Part shown: positions 19,762-29,127 of the stretch, one piece after another
How the letters are laid out: every line of letters begins with the position of its first letter
How positions within the stretch are numbered: the stretch's first letter is position 1
Assembly: GCA_963841855.1 (NCBI GenBank)
Contig: CAWJEJ010000004.1
Span: forward strand, 588,455-652,454
Direction of reading: 5' to 3'
DNA length: 64,000 nt
Source: Rhodothermales bacterium
GTDB lineage: Bacteria > Bacteroidota > Rhodothermia > Rhodothermales > BA12
Notes under the pieces: generated by a model
The model's database searches: none
The model's input: only the letters and a program-made list of their open reading frames with translations
Told to the model about the DNA's origin: nothing
Made by a program: the position numbers and the translations under genes

Positions 19762-20973
19762 ATGCCTCGTCAAGCCCGCGTCGGCCTTCTCGTACTCGCA
19801 GGAGCCGGCCTGTTCATGGTAGCGCTCTTCACGATTGCGCAGCGCTCGTTTCTGCTGAGCAACACGTTCAGCGTCGAGACCTCGTTCTACAACGTCGCCG
19901 GACTGGTGCCGGGAGCGCCGGTGCAGTACCAGGGCGTCAACGTCGGGCGCGTCGAGGGCGTGATCCTGCCTGCTCAGCCGGGCGGTAAGATCCGTGTCGA
20001 GATGCAGCTCGAGGAGGACGTGCAGCACTTGATTCGCTCGAACACGCAGGCCCAGGTGCAGTCGGACGGGCTAGTCGGCAACATGATCATCGTGCTGCTC
20101 GCCAACACGGCTCAGGCGCCGCCGATCGAGCCCGATGGCGCCATTCCAGGTCTCGAGCCCTTCTCGCTGACCGACGTGACCGACCGGGCGCTCACGAGCG
20201 TGCAGGCGTTCAACGAGATCGCCGAGACGTTCCAGCTCATCCTGTCCGACGTGCGCAACGCCGAGGGCACGATCGGCAGCCTGATCTACGATCCGGCGCT
20301 CTACAACAGCCTCGTCGCCACGACGACCGAGACCGAAGCTCTGCTGGGCCGACTGGGGCAGAGCGCCGAAAACATCGTTCAGAGCGCCGAAAACACGACG
20401 GCTGGGCTGGACGAGATGCTCAACAAGATCAACAACGGCGACGGCTCGCTGGCGCTGATGCTCAACGACCCGGCGTTCTACAACCAACTCGTCGCAGCGT
20501 CGGACACGCTGCTCGCCGTCACGCGCGACGTGAGCTTCGTCACGTCCAACCTGGAGGAGGCGACTGCGTGGGGATCGGTCGCCGCCTTCCGCGCGGCCGA
20601 ACTGACCGAAGCGCTCCAGCAAAACTTCCTGTTCAAGCGCTACTTCGAGGAGCGCGGCTATACCAACCAGGCGCCGTTCGAGGTGCGCGAGCGCGCCATC
20701 CGCAGCAGCCAGCGCGAGATCGAGGAGCAGCGCCGCGCCCTCTACGAGTGGCAACTGCGCGTCCAGGAACTCATCGACCGGCTCGAAGCCCAGGGCATCC
20801 AGGCCCCGCCGCCGCCCGAAAAGCTGCCCAACTCGCTGCCGACGCCCGCGGGCCAGACTCGGCCGGTCGATACGAGCGGCGCATCGTCCGCCGTGCCTAC
20901 CATGCGCACGCCCGACGCGGCGGGTGATCTCACCTGGATTCCGCAGTCTCCGTCCTTGGGGCAGCGCCGGTGA
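19762..20973 (+). CDS. mlaD: MCE/MlaD-family substrate-binding protein with long coiled C-terminal region
   Basis: N-terminal TM helix then MCE domain (YNVAGLVPGAPVQYQGVNVGRVEGV...SDGLVGNMIIVL). Third gene of the mla-like operon. Confidence 0.85.
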   Translation: MPRQARVGLLVLAGAGLFMVALFTIAQRSFLLSNTFSVETSFYNVAGLVPGAPVQYQGVNVGRVEGVILPAQPGGKIRVEMQLEEDVQHLIRSNTQAQVQSDGLVGNMIIVLLANTAQAPPIEPDGAIPGLEPFSLTDVTDRALTSVQAFNEIAETFQLILSDVRNAEGTIGSLIYDPALYNSLVATTTETEALLGRLGQSAENIVQSAENTTAGLDEMLNKINNGDGSLALMLNDPAFYNQLVAASDTLLAVTRDVSFVTSNLEEATAWGSVAAFRAAELTEALQQNFLFKRYFEERGYTNQAPFEVRERAIRSSQREIEEQRRALYEWQLRVQELIDRLEAQGIQAPPPPEKLPNSLPTPAGQTRPVDTSGASSAVPTMRTPDAAGDLTWIPQSPSLGQRR

Positions 20974-22361
20974 ACGGAGAGCCGCAGATCCCCAGCAGAG
21001 GCGGGCGCCGCTCGGCATTCGAGACGGTCGCGTTTGGCGGCGCGATGCTGCTGTTTCTGTTTCTGATCTATGACCTGCACGCCTTCGACGGGAAGCAGAG
21101 TTATCTGATCGTTCCGCTCGTGGCCGTCTCGGGCGGTATTCTCGCATGGCCGATGCGCGACCACCAGGCCGTGCGTGCGCTGCTGATGGCGGGCGGATTA
21201 GTGGTGCTGTTGTGGCTCGGACAGCAACTCTTTAGCGTCCTGCTGCCCTTCGCGATCGTCTATCTGCTGGCGTTTTTGTTCGAACCGTTGGTGGCCCGCC
21301 TGCACGACAAACGCAAGGTGCCCCGGTGGGTGAGCGCGCTGGGCATCGTGGCGCTCCTGCTCGGCGCCTTCGGCGGACTGCTGACGTTCGTCGTGCCGAC
21401 GCTGCTGGACGAAACGCAGAACCTGATCAGCCGCCTCGTCGGCGTCGTGGGCGACCTGCGGCAATGGGCGCTCACCTCGCCCGCGCTCGACCGCATTACC
21501 GAAAGCGGACTGATCGACCGCGAGGTGCTGGTCAACGAGGTATCTCAGGCCGTCCAGAGTACGCTGATCGGAGCCGGTGGTGATATTCCGCGCGCCGTCA
21601 ACGGTGTCGTGTCGCGCATCGGGAGTCTGCTGAGCGCCTTCACCATCCTGTCGATCATGCCGGTCGCTCTCTTCTACCTGCTCAAAGACTACCCCTTTAT
21701 CACACGGCGCGTACGCGAGCTGTTTCCGACGTTCGGGGGCAAGCGCGACTACCTCGTCACCGCGAGCGTCGTAGTGGGCGATTACCTGCGCGGCCAACTC
21801 ATCATCTCGTCGATCGCAGCGTTCAACGTCGGCCTGCTGCTGCTGCTGTTCGGCTTTCCCTACGCGATCCTGATGGGGCTGATCGCCGGAGTGCTCAACC
21901 TGATCCCCAACATCGGCGCTCTCCTGACGATGGCGCTGGGGGTCGTGGTAGCGCTGATCTTCGGCGACCCGATGACCAAAGACCTGCTCATCGTCGTGGG
22001 CGTGCTGGCGGGGCAGGCGCTCTTGGAGGGCAGCATCCTCTCGCCGACGATCCTGAGCCAGCAGGTCGGCCTGCACCCGGTCCTGATCCTGATCTCGCTG
22101 TTCGTGTTCGGCTTCTTCATGGGCATCATCGGCCTGTTCGTCGCCGTACCGATCACGGCCATCGTGATGACGCTCTACAAGTCGTACCGCGACCAGATGC
22201 ACCTGGATCTGCTCGACTACGCCGACGGGGCGAGCACGTCGACTTCGCATTCGCCGCGTAGTTTCTCGTTCTCCACGACCCGGCCCGATTCCGCCACGGA
22301 CGCATCTGACGCAGTCATCGCCTCCGACCCACCTCCGATCGATGACGAACCTGCAGGCTGA
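20970..22361 (+). CDS. AI-2E family transporter (PerM/UPF0118)
   Basis: GTGA overlap with mlaD. Polytopic membrane protein with NLIPNIGALL and GLFVAVPITA motifs typical of the AI-2E family. Confidence 0.85.
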   Translation: MNGEPQIPSRGGRRSAFETVAFGGAMLLFLFLIYDLHAFDGKQSYLIVPLVAVSGGILAWPMRDHQAVRALLMAGGLVVLLWLGQQLFSVLLPFAIVYLLAFLFEPLVARLHDKRKVPRWVSALGIVALLLGAFGGLLTFVVPTLLDETQNLISRLVGVVGDLRQWALTSPALDRITESGLIDREVLVNEVSQAVQSTLIGAGGDIPRAVNGVVSRIGSLLSAFTILSIMPVALFYLLKDYPFITRRVRELFPTFGGKRDYLVTASVVVGDYLRGQLIISSIAAFNVGLLLLLFGFPYAILMGLIAGVLNLIPNIGALLTMALGVVVALIFGDPMTKDLLIVVGVLAGQALLEGSILSPTILSQQVGLHPVLILISLFVFGFFMGIIGLFVAVPITAIVMTLYKSYRDQMHLDLLDYADGASTSTSHSPRSFSFSTTRPDSATDASDAVIASDPPPIDDEPAG

Positions 22362-22947
22362 CGCGCCTCTCAATCAGACGATTCTGGCTAGGTGGGCAGT
22401 GATGGGACGTCTCCATGCATCGGGAAGCGTGGCCGCGCGCGTGCTGCGCCGATGGACCGGCGATCCGCTCCAAGCCGAAGCGCTTCACCTGCTCGCCGGA
22501 ACGCTCTTCGCGCTAGTGTGCGTCGGTGCCTATCTGCTCTCGGGCAGTCTCCCGGCCAGCACTTCCGCACTCGCCGCCACCTGGTCGATCTGGATTGGTA
22601 TCGCAGGCTGCTTGCTGGGTCTGTTCGGCTGGAGGTCTGGCATGGATGTGCTGCTGAGCGGCGCGGACCTGCTCGTCCGGCAGGGCGGCGAGGAGGCTCG
22701 CATTCCGTTCGATACGATCGTCAGCTGCGGCGCTCTGAGCGCCCGGACGTTTCACCGCGTCCATCGCCGCTACGCAGGCGTTCGCACGTTCATCCCCCGC
22801 ACCGACGCGCTGCTGCTGATCGAAACGACGGATGGTCCCATCGTCCTCGGCTTGGCCGACCGCGCCGACCGCGACGCGCTCCACGACGCGCTCAGTGCTC
22901 ACCCGTCGCCCACGTGCGCCAGCGTTCGACTCGCCCTCGCCGCCTGA
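22342..22947 (+). CDS. hypothetical membrane protein
   Basis: Two predicted TM helices then a soluble domain. No family recognised. Start uncertain (alternative ATG at 22402). Confidence 0.45.
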   Translation: MTNLQADAPLNQTILARWAVMGRLHASGSVAARVLRRWTGDPLQAEALHLLAGTLFALVCVGAYLLSGSLPASTSALAATWSIWIGIAGCLLGLFGWRSGMDVLLSGADLLVRQGGEEARIPFDTIVSCGALSARTFHRVHRRYAGVRTFIPRTDALLLIETTDGPIVLGLADRADRDALHDALSAHPSPTCASVRLALAA

Positions 22948-22986
22948 CCAGACCGCCTGTTTCTTACCGGCGCCCCTCCCCTTCGC

Positions 22987-24117
22987 ATGACGTTCGAACA
23001 CCTCCACACCGACGCAGGCAGCGACGCACGCGCCGGGCTGCTCACGACCGATCACGGCGCGATTCAAACGCCGCGTTTCATGCCCGTGGGCACGCTGGGC
23101 AGCGTCAAAGGCATCTCGCCGCTCGAACTCAAGAAAGAGGTCCGCGCCGAGATCATCCTGGGTAACACCTATCACCTGTTTCTGCGCCCCGGCCTCGATG
23201 TGCTCCGCAGCGCGGGCGGGCTGCACCGCTTCATGGGTTGGGACCGTCCGATCCTGACCGATAGCGGCGGCTACCAGGTGTTCTCACTCGCCGAAAACCG
23301 CAAGATCACCGAACAAGGCGTCACGTTTCAGAGCCACATCGACGGAAGCCGCCACCTGCTCACGCCCGAGTCCGTCGTCGACGCACAGCGCGCCATCGGC
23401 TCGAACGTCATGATGGTGCTTGACGAGTGCCCACCCGGCGACGCCCCAGAATCCTACGCCCGCACGTCGAACGAACTCACGCTCCGCTGGGCCGAACGCG
23501 CGATCACACACTGGCGCGCTACCGAACCCGTCTACGGCCACAGCCAGGCCCTGTGGGGCATCGTTCAAGGCGTCGTCTATCCCGAGATCCGCAGGCAATC
23601 GGCGCGCTCTCTGGTCGAGATGGAGTTTCCCGGCTACGCCATCGGCGGGCTGAGCGTCGGCGAACCGGCGCCCGACATGTACGCGATGGTCGAGGTCGTC
23701 GCACCGCTTCTGCCCAAGACCAAGCCGCGCTACCTGATGGGCGTCGGCACGCCCGCCAATCTGATCGAAAACGTCGCGCGCGGCGTCGACCTGTTCGACT
23801 GCGTCCTACCCACGCGCAACGGGCGCAACGGGACGGTCTACACGACCGAGGGTATCATCAACCTCAAAAACAAGAAGTGGGAGCACCACCAGGGTCCGCT
23901 AGACCCCGGCCTGGACACCTACTCGGCGCAGACGTTCAGCCGCTCGTACCTGCGCCACCTAATCCGCAGCAAAGAACTGCTGGGCATGCGCATCGGAAGC
24001 CTGCAGAACCTGTCGTTCTTCCTGTGGCTGATGCGCGAAATGCGATCGGCGATTCTCGAAGACCGCTTCGTCGCGTGGAAGAGCGAGTGGCTACCGCGCG
24101 TGAGCCAAAAGGCATAG
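22987..24117 (+). CDS. tgt: queuine tRNA-ribosyltransferase (tRNA-guanine transglycosylase)
   Basis: TPRFMPVGTLGSVKG, ILTDSGGYQVFSL, GYAIGGLSVGE, RYLMGVGTP and DCVLPTRNGRNG are canonical Tgt motifs. Confidence 0.97.
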   Translation: MTFEHLHTDAGSDARAGLLTTDHGAIQTPRFMPVGTLGSVKGISPLELKKEVRAEIILGNTYHLFLRPGLDVLRSAGGLHRFMGWDRPILTDSGGYQVFSLAENRKITEQGVTFQSHIDGSRHLLTPESVVDAQRAIGSNVMMVLDECPPGDAPESYARTSNELTLRWAERAITHWRATEPVYGHSQALWGIVQGVVYPEIRRQSARSLVEMEFPGYAIGGLSVGEPAPDMYAMVEVVAPLLPKTKPRYLMGVGTPANLIENVARGVDLFDCVLPTRNGRNGTVYTTEGIINLKNKKWEHHQGPLDPGLDTYSAQTFSRSYLRHLIRSKELLGMRIGSLQNLSFFLWLMREMRSAILEDRFVAWKSEWLPRVSQKA

Positions 24118-24133
24118 CTACCTGATGGTTAGA

Positions 24134-24177
24134 AAACACCGCGGCCTCATCTCCGAAGAGACGAGGCCGCGGTGTTT
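24134..24177. terminator. bidirectional intrinsic terminator hairpin between convergent tgt and csbD
   Basis: AAACACCGCGGCCTCATCTC-CGAA-GAGACGAGGCCGCGGTGTTT gives a 20-bp stem with one mismatch, flanked by A/T runs on both sides. Confidence 0.85.
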
Positions 24178-24192
24178 AGAACGCAGTTCGAA

Positions 24193-24438
24193 TCAGTCGA
24201 GTGCGCGCTTGGCCGTTCCGGCGGCATCGGCGTGGGCGTCGCCAACGCTTTTCTGCACCTTGCCTTTGACCTGGTCAGCGGCACCTTCGGCTTGGAGATT
24301 GGCATCGCCGAGCGCATCGCCGACGGCGCTTTTGACTTTGCCTTTGATCTCGGTGAAGGCGCCTTTGGCCTGCTCGGTGCGGCCCTCGGCCTCTTGGTCG
24401 CGGAGGCCGTCTTGTACGTCTTTCTTGATGCTGCTCAT
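24193..24438 (-). CDS. csbD: CsbD-family general stress protein
   Basis: 81 aa with GKVKSAVGDALGD...QAEGAADQVKGKVQKSVGD repeats, typical of CsbD. Confidence 0.85.
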   Translation of the reverse strand: MSSIKKDVQDGLRDQEAEGRTEQAKGAFTEIKGKVKSAVGDALGDANLQAEGAADQVKGKVQKSVGDAHADAAGTAKRALD

Positions 24439-24618
24439 GGTTGTGTCGGTTTGGTGTGTGTTGGTGGTCCTACCACTGCCTAGCTTCTCCGCAGATTCTT
24501 GTGGCCGACAACGTCACGGGTGACGCGCGCTCGTTACGCCGCCGCCGCGCTGTCCCATCTATCCACGAACACGCCCTTCTGCCGGGCGTACGCGGCAGAC
24601 GCTCTCCTCATCGTTCTC

Positions 24619-25854
24619 ATGCGCACGTTCGACGTCCCCACGTTCTACAAAAGCCCCATCATCGGGCAGGTCAAGGCGCACCGCCGAGCGTTCGACCCGC
24701 GCAAGCGCGACTTGGCGCCTTCGGTGATCGACTTCGGACCCGTCCGGTTTCTGCTGGCGCGCCACTTCGGCTTTTGCTACGGCGTCGAGAACGCTATCGA
24801 CATCGCCTACCGCGCGCTCGACGAACATCCGGATCAGCGCATCTTTTTGCTGTCCGAGATGATCCACAATCCGCACGTCAACGACGACTTGCAGGCGCGC
24901 GGCATGCGGTTTCTGCGGACGACGAGCGGCGAGCAGCTCATCCCGTTCAGCGAGCTGACACCCGACGACGTGGTGATCGTGCCTGCGTTCGGCGCGACGC
25001 GCGAGGTGATGGCCAAGATCGAGGCGATCGGCATCGACCCGCTGAGTTGGAACACGACGTGCCCGTTCGTCGAGAAGGTGTGGAAGAAGAGCGAGCAGAT
25101 CGGGCGCAAGGACTACACGATCGTGGTGCACGGTAAGCGGCTGCATGAGGAAACGCGGGCGACGTTTTCGCAGGCGCAGCAGCACGCGCCGGTCGTCGTC
25201 GTGCGCGATCTGGAGGAGGCCGAGCGGCTGGGGCGCGTCGTCGCGGGGCACGAGGACGCGGAGTTCTTCTTTTCGCATTTCGGCGGACGCTTCAGCGAGG
25301 GCTTCGACCCCGAGCGCGACCTGAAGAGCATTGGAGTAGTCAATCAGACGACGATGCTGGCGAGCGAGACGCAGGCCATCGCCGATCATCTGCGCGAGCT
25401 GATGCGCGCGCGCTACGGCGAGCCCGACCTCAAAGCGCACTTCGCCGATACGTCGGACACGCTCTGCTATGCTACCAACGAGAATCAGAACGCGACGCTG
25501 GCTCTGATCGAACACGGAGGCGATGTGGCCTTGGTCGTCGGCGGCTACAACTCGTCGAACACGAGCCACTTGGTCGAACTCTGCGCCCAGGCGATGCCGT
25601 CCTACTTCATCCACTCGAACGCCGAGATTCTCGATCACGACCTGATTCAGCACTTCGACCCGCACCACGAGGAAGTCGTCTGCACGCCCGACTGGCTGCC
25701 CTGCACGCGTCCGCTCGACGTGGTCTTGACGGCGGGCGCGAGTTGCCCCGATGCACTTCTGGAAGGCGTCCTTCGCCGCGTGCTCGACTTCTTTCCCGAC
25801 GCGGCGCCCATCGAAGCGGCTCTGCTGCCCTTTGCCGACGCCGAACCTGCGTGA
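24619..25854 (+). CDS. ispH: 4-hydroxy-3-methylbut-2-enyl diphosphate reductase (long-form IspH/LytB)
   Basis: ARHFGFCYGVENAI, SEMIHNPHVN, TTCPFVEKVW, VVHGKRLHEET, NQTTML and GGYNSSNTSHL motifs. ATG at 24619 preferred over the track start at 24499. Confidence 0.93.
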   Translation: MRTFDVPTFYKSPIIGQVKAHRRAFDPRKRDLAPSVIDFGPVRFLLARHFGFCYGVENAIDIAYRALDEHPDQRIFLLSEMIHNPHVNDDLQARGMRFLRTTSGEQLIPFSELTPDDVVIVPAFGATREVMAKIEAIGIDPLSWNTTCPFVEKVWKKSEQIGRKDYTIVVHGKRLHEETRATFSQAQQHAPVVVVRDLEEAERLGRVVAGHEDAEFFFSHFGGRFSEGFDPERDLKSIGVVNQTTMLASETQAIADHLRELMRARYGEPDLKAHFADTSDTLCYATNENQNATLALIEHGGDVALVVGGYNSSNTSHLVELCAQAMPSYFIHSNAEILDHDLIQHFDPHHEEVVCTPDWLPCTRPLDVVLTAGASCPDALLEGVLRRVLDFFPDAAPIEAALLPFADAEPA

Positions 25855-26330
25855 CGCGCACCTCGCCGCCGCGTCCCGATTGGTCGAGCGCCGAGTCGTT
25901 CGAGCGTTTTCTGCACGCGCACCTTCCGCCAGCCCGGGCGCTCGGCGTCCGCGTCGGCCTGCTGGGCGAAGACCGCGTCCGACTGATCGCACCGCTCGCG
26001 TCGAACAGCAACCATAGAGGCGTCGGCTTTGGCGGTAGCGCGTCGGCACTGGCTCTTCTGGGGGCGTGGGCTGCTCTCCAGCGCGCGCTCGACGCAGAGT
26101 TCGGCGATGTCGAAGCCGTCGGCGGCTACGCGTCGATCCGCTTCCTCAAACCGATGCGCAGCGATCTGATCGTCGAGGCGAGAGCGCCCACTGGATGGCG
26201 AGAGGCGGCGCAGTATGCTCAGGCTGTCGGCAAGACCGAGATCCAGGCGTCGTGCATTGTGACGAGTGGAGAGCGCCAGGGTGCCGCCGCCGACGCTACC
26301 TTTGTCCTGCTCGCCCCGTTTCGCTGGTAG
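25851..26330 (+). CDS. YiiD_C-like thioesterase-fold protein
   Basis: GTG start forming a GTGA overlap with the ispH stop. FLHAHLPPARALGVRV...NHRGVGFGGSASALALLGAWA resembles hotdog-fold thioesterase-domain proteins. Upstream track extension (from 25743) rejected. Confidence 0.6.
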   Translation: MTRTSPPRPDWSSAESFERFLHAHLPPARALGVRVGLLGEDRVRLIAPLASNSNHRGVGFGGSASALALLGAWAALQRALDAEFGDVEAVGGYASIRFLKPMRSDLIVEARAPTGWREAAQYAQAVGKTEIQASCIVTSGERQGAAADATFVLLAPFRW

Positions 26331-26349
26331 CGACCGCCTCCCTCCGCCC

Positions 26350-26901
26350 ATGCTCCGTCCGATTCTACTCGCTCTGCTCTTCGTCTGGGGCTGCGACGCG
26401 CTGGCGACGCGCTCGCCCGAAGCGCCTGCCGGAGCGGCCACGTTCGTGCAGCCCGACACGCCCGAGACGGTTCTGGCCAACTTGGTCGCCAGTTTGCGCG
26501 AGCGCAGTCCGAGCACCTACCGCCGCTCGCTCGACCCCAACTTGACCTACAGGCCATCGCGCGAGGCGGCTTCGCGCGATGGTTTCTGGCAGGCGTGGAG
26601 CGCGCCTGAAGAGGAAGCCTACTTTCGCACGCTGACGTCGGCCGCCCAACCCGGTGCGGCGTTCTCTCTGAGCCTTGCCACAACGACACCGTCCGAGGTC
26701 ACAGCCGACGCGTTCGTGCTCGACACCGACTACGTCCTCATCACGCCGCACAACCGCGCCGAAGCTCCCACGACCGTTCGCGGCCGCCTGCGCTGGCGCA
26801 TCGAACGCGCGCCCGACGGCCTGTGGCGCCTCGTCGACTGGACGGACGAAGCGACGGACGGCCCAACGTGGAGCGATCTCAAAGCCGCGTTCTTCCAATA
26901 G
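26350..26901 (+). CDS. lipoprotein, uncharacterised
   Basis: Lipobox MLRPILLALLFVWGC. Ends ...GLWRLVDWTDEA.... Track start at 26266 rejected. Confidence 0.6.
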   Translation: MLRPILLALLFVWGCDALATRSPEAPAGAATFVQPDTPETVLANLVASLRERSPSTYRRSLDPNLTYRPSREAASRDGFWQAWSAPEEEAYFRTLTSAAQPGAAFSLSLATTTPSEVTADAFVLDTDYVLITPHNRAEAPTTVRGRLRWRIERAPDGLWRLVDWTDEATDGPTWSDLKAAFFQ

Positions 26902-26903
26902 CG

Positions 26904-27464
26904 ATGGAGACCGGCGCTCACATTTCGACCTCGTCCTCTCTGCGAGCGCGCCCGCTGGCACAGTCGGTTTGCCTGGCCTGCGCGACGCTCGCGCTGCTCC
27001 TGCTCGCTGCGTGCAACCCGTTCGCCCCCGCCGTCGAGCAGGGCGACGCGCTGAGCCTGGGCGACCCGACGACGATCGAAGGCTTCTTCACCGCATTCCA
27101 GACCTCCTATGAACTGCGTGACATCGCGCTGTACGAGCCTCTCCTCGACTCGGCGTTCACGTTCGTGTTCTACGACTTCGACGCTCAGGTGGAGCAGCGC
27201 TACGGCTTCGAGCAAGACCTGCGCACGACGCGCGGCCTGTTCACGCAGAGCAATCTGATCCAACTCCAGTGGAATCAGGTCCTCCAGCAGACCGTCGACG
27301 ATCCGCCGCTGCGCGCTCAGATCGTGCGTCCGTTCAACCTGACAGTGTCTCTGGACGGCGGATCGGTTTTCAGGGGCAGCGGCAACGTCAACTTTCTCCT
27401 CGTGCGAGGCGACACGACGGCGGCCTGGCGTCTGCTCCGCTGGCGAGACGAGAGCGAACTGTAG
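26904..27464 (+). CDS. lipoprotein, uncharacterised (same architecture as preceding gene)
   Basis: Lipobox LALLLLAAC. Ends ...AAWRLLRWRDESEL, which parallels the upstream neighbour. Starts 2 nt after its stop. Confidence 0.6.
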   Translation: METGAHISTSSSLRARPLAQSVCLACATLALLLLAACNPFAPAVEQGDALSLGDPTTIEGFFTAFQTSYELRDIALYEPLLDSAFTFVFYDFDAQVEQRYGFEQDLRTTRGLFTQSNLIQLQWNQVLQQTVDDPPLRAQIVRPFNLTVSLDGGSVFRGSGNVNFLLVRGDTTAAWRLLRWRDESEL

Positions 27465-27527
27465 CGCCCCGGCTCACCACGCATGTGCAATCGGCGGACC
27501 GGAGCCATCGGCGCCACCCGTCCCACG

Positions 27528-28295
27528 TCACTCAACCATTTCCAGCGGGGCCGGTGGGGGCGCAGCGAGGTGAGGCAAGAGCAAGCCGTGCGTCCTCGTC
27601 AGCAGGCGGATGGCGGCTGAGTCGGGCGGCAGCGACGCGTCGGGGATCAGCGCCTGCCACGTCGTCGTCGGCCGCAGCGCGGCGGGTCTGCTGGACGTGG
27701 TGCCGCCCAGGCGGACGACGGCTTCGGTCGCGCTCAGCGGCCATGCCGGATTGCGGAAGTAAGCGCGCATGCCCTCATCTCCGTCGACGAAAGCGATCAC
27801 GAGCGTCCGCGCTGGATAGCGATAGAAGCGCGTCGTTTGGGCTAGCGTGCGCGCCAGTTCGAGCCCCACGGCAGTCGACACGTTGCGCCCACCCACACCG
27901 GCATCGAAGGGAGCGATCAGCACGACGGCGGTATCGCGAAGCGACGGATCGTCTCCGGCGAGATAACCGACGAGATTGAGCGACGTGTCGGGCGGCAGTC
28001 CCCACGGCTGCACGTAGTTGGGCTGCGCGGGCTGGATGCCGATGGCACGTAGCCGGTCGGATAGATAGAGGTGAGCGAGGCGATGGGCCACGGCGCCGGG
28101 CACGCGGTTGCGTCCAATTTGGCTCAGCGTCGACAGGTCGGTCTGGACCGATGGCACGCTCCAGACGGGAAATCCGGGCACGCTCTTGGGCGCACGGTCT
28201 CGGTCCGACGAGCCCGTGCAGCCAGCGATCGCCGCGGTCAGGAGGAGCGCCAGGCCTATCGAAAACAGGGAGATGCGTAGGGAAAGCGGGGACAT
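27528..28295 (-). CDS. M28-peptidase-like lipoprotein with apparently degenerate active site
   Basis: Lipobox LLLTAAIAGC. NLVGYLAGDDP...VVLIAPFDAGVGGRNVSTAVGLELARTL...LVIAFVDGDEG aligns to the M28 layout, but the expected His/Asp/Glu metal ligands appear replaced. ATG at 28295 chosen (alternative 28340). Confidence 0.55.
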   Translation of the reverse strand: MSPLSLRISLFSIGLALLLTAAIAGCTGSSDRDRAPKSVPGFPVWSVPSVQTDLSTLSQIGRNRVPGAVAHRLAHLYLSDRLRAIGIQPAQPNYVQPWGLPPDTSLNLVGYLAGDDPSLRDTAVVLIAPFDAGVGGRNVSTAVGLELARTLAQTTRFYRYPARTLVIAFVDGDEGMRAYFRNPAWPLSATEAVVRLGGTTSSRPAALRPTTTWQALIPDASLPPDSAAIRLLTRTHGLLLPHLAAPPPAPLEMVE

Positions 28296-28350
28296 CAAGC
28301 GTCGTACTTTGAGAGACTGCCCCGTAAAGTAGCGCTGCATTCCCCACCTC

Positions 28351-29076
28351 GTGCTCTGGCTGATCCTGACTCCGCTGATTCGCGTGCGCCGCGTGCTCGA
28401 CCGGCTGCTCGGCTTGGTGCTGGCGCGCGCTTTGGCAGGAGCCCTGCTGGCCGTCGTGCTGCTGGTGCTGCCCAGCCTGCGAGTCGGCCTGACCGTCGTT
28501 CCCGGCCTCATCGCCGCGACCTATGCGCTGGCGGCGCTGGCGTGGCTTCCGTTCACGCTGGAGCGCGTGCGCGCGGCGCGCCTCGAAGCTCGCCTGGCTC
28601 GCCAAGGCTTCACCGACGACGCACTGGTGCTCTGCCTGGGACCCGACGTAAACCTGTGGTCGAAGAGTATCGTCGTCGACACGGTGCGGCGTGTGCGCGC
28701 GCTGCCGACACCTGGCGCGCTCCGCACATCGGTGTGGGAGCGGCGCGTCGCGCTGATGGCACATGAACAGTTCGCCGTTCTCCGCCCCACCCGGATCGAT
28801 CCGACCGGGCTCATACTGATCGGCCTAGCGCTCGCGTGGCAGACGACCGGATGGGGCACGATCACGCTGGGCATCGCGTTCGCCCTAGAGGCCGCCACGC
28901 AGGTGACGCGCGCGCAAGCGGTGCGGCGGCTGTACGCCCTCGAGCGCGCACTGGCCAGCGCGCTTTCGGGCGCGGACACGGCGCTGGCTTCGTCGCTAAT
29001 CCGCTCGGCTCACCCAATGGGCTACGATCACCGCAGGCTCTATCGTACGGGGGGGCTGCGCCCGCGCGCGTTGTAG
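28351..29076 (+). CDS. hypothetical membrane protein
   Basis: GTG start. Several hydrophobic helices (LLAVVLLVLPSL, LILIGLALAW). No family recognised. Confidence 0.45.
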   Translation: MLWLILTPLIRVRRVLDRLLGLVLARALAGALLAVVLLVLPSLRVGLTVVPGLIAATYALAALAWLPFTLERVRAARLEARLARQGFTDDALVLCLGPDVNLWSKSIVVDTVRRVRALPTPGALRTSVWERRVALMAHEQFAVLRPTRIDPTGLILIGLALAWQTTGWGTITLGIAFALEAATQVTRAQAVRRLYALERALASALSGADTALASSLIRSAHPMGYDHRRLYRTGGLRPRAL

Positions 29077-29127
29077 CCTGGGTTGCGAACACTGTGCGTG
29101 CAGCACGCTCGGTCCCACGTCGGCGGG

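Noticed and set aside
21198-22373. 391-aa minus-strand ORF antisense to the AI-2E transporter
   Set aside because: Highly charged Arg/Asp/Gln/His-rich shadow frame. The plus-strand polytopic membrane protein is convincing.
24559-26049. 496-aa minus-strand ORF antisense to ispH
   Set aside because: Shadow frame of the well-supported ispH gene, with Arg-rich low-information sequence.
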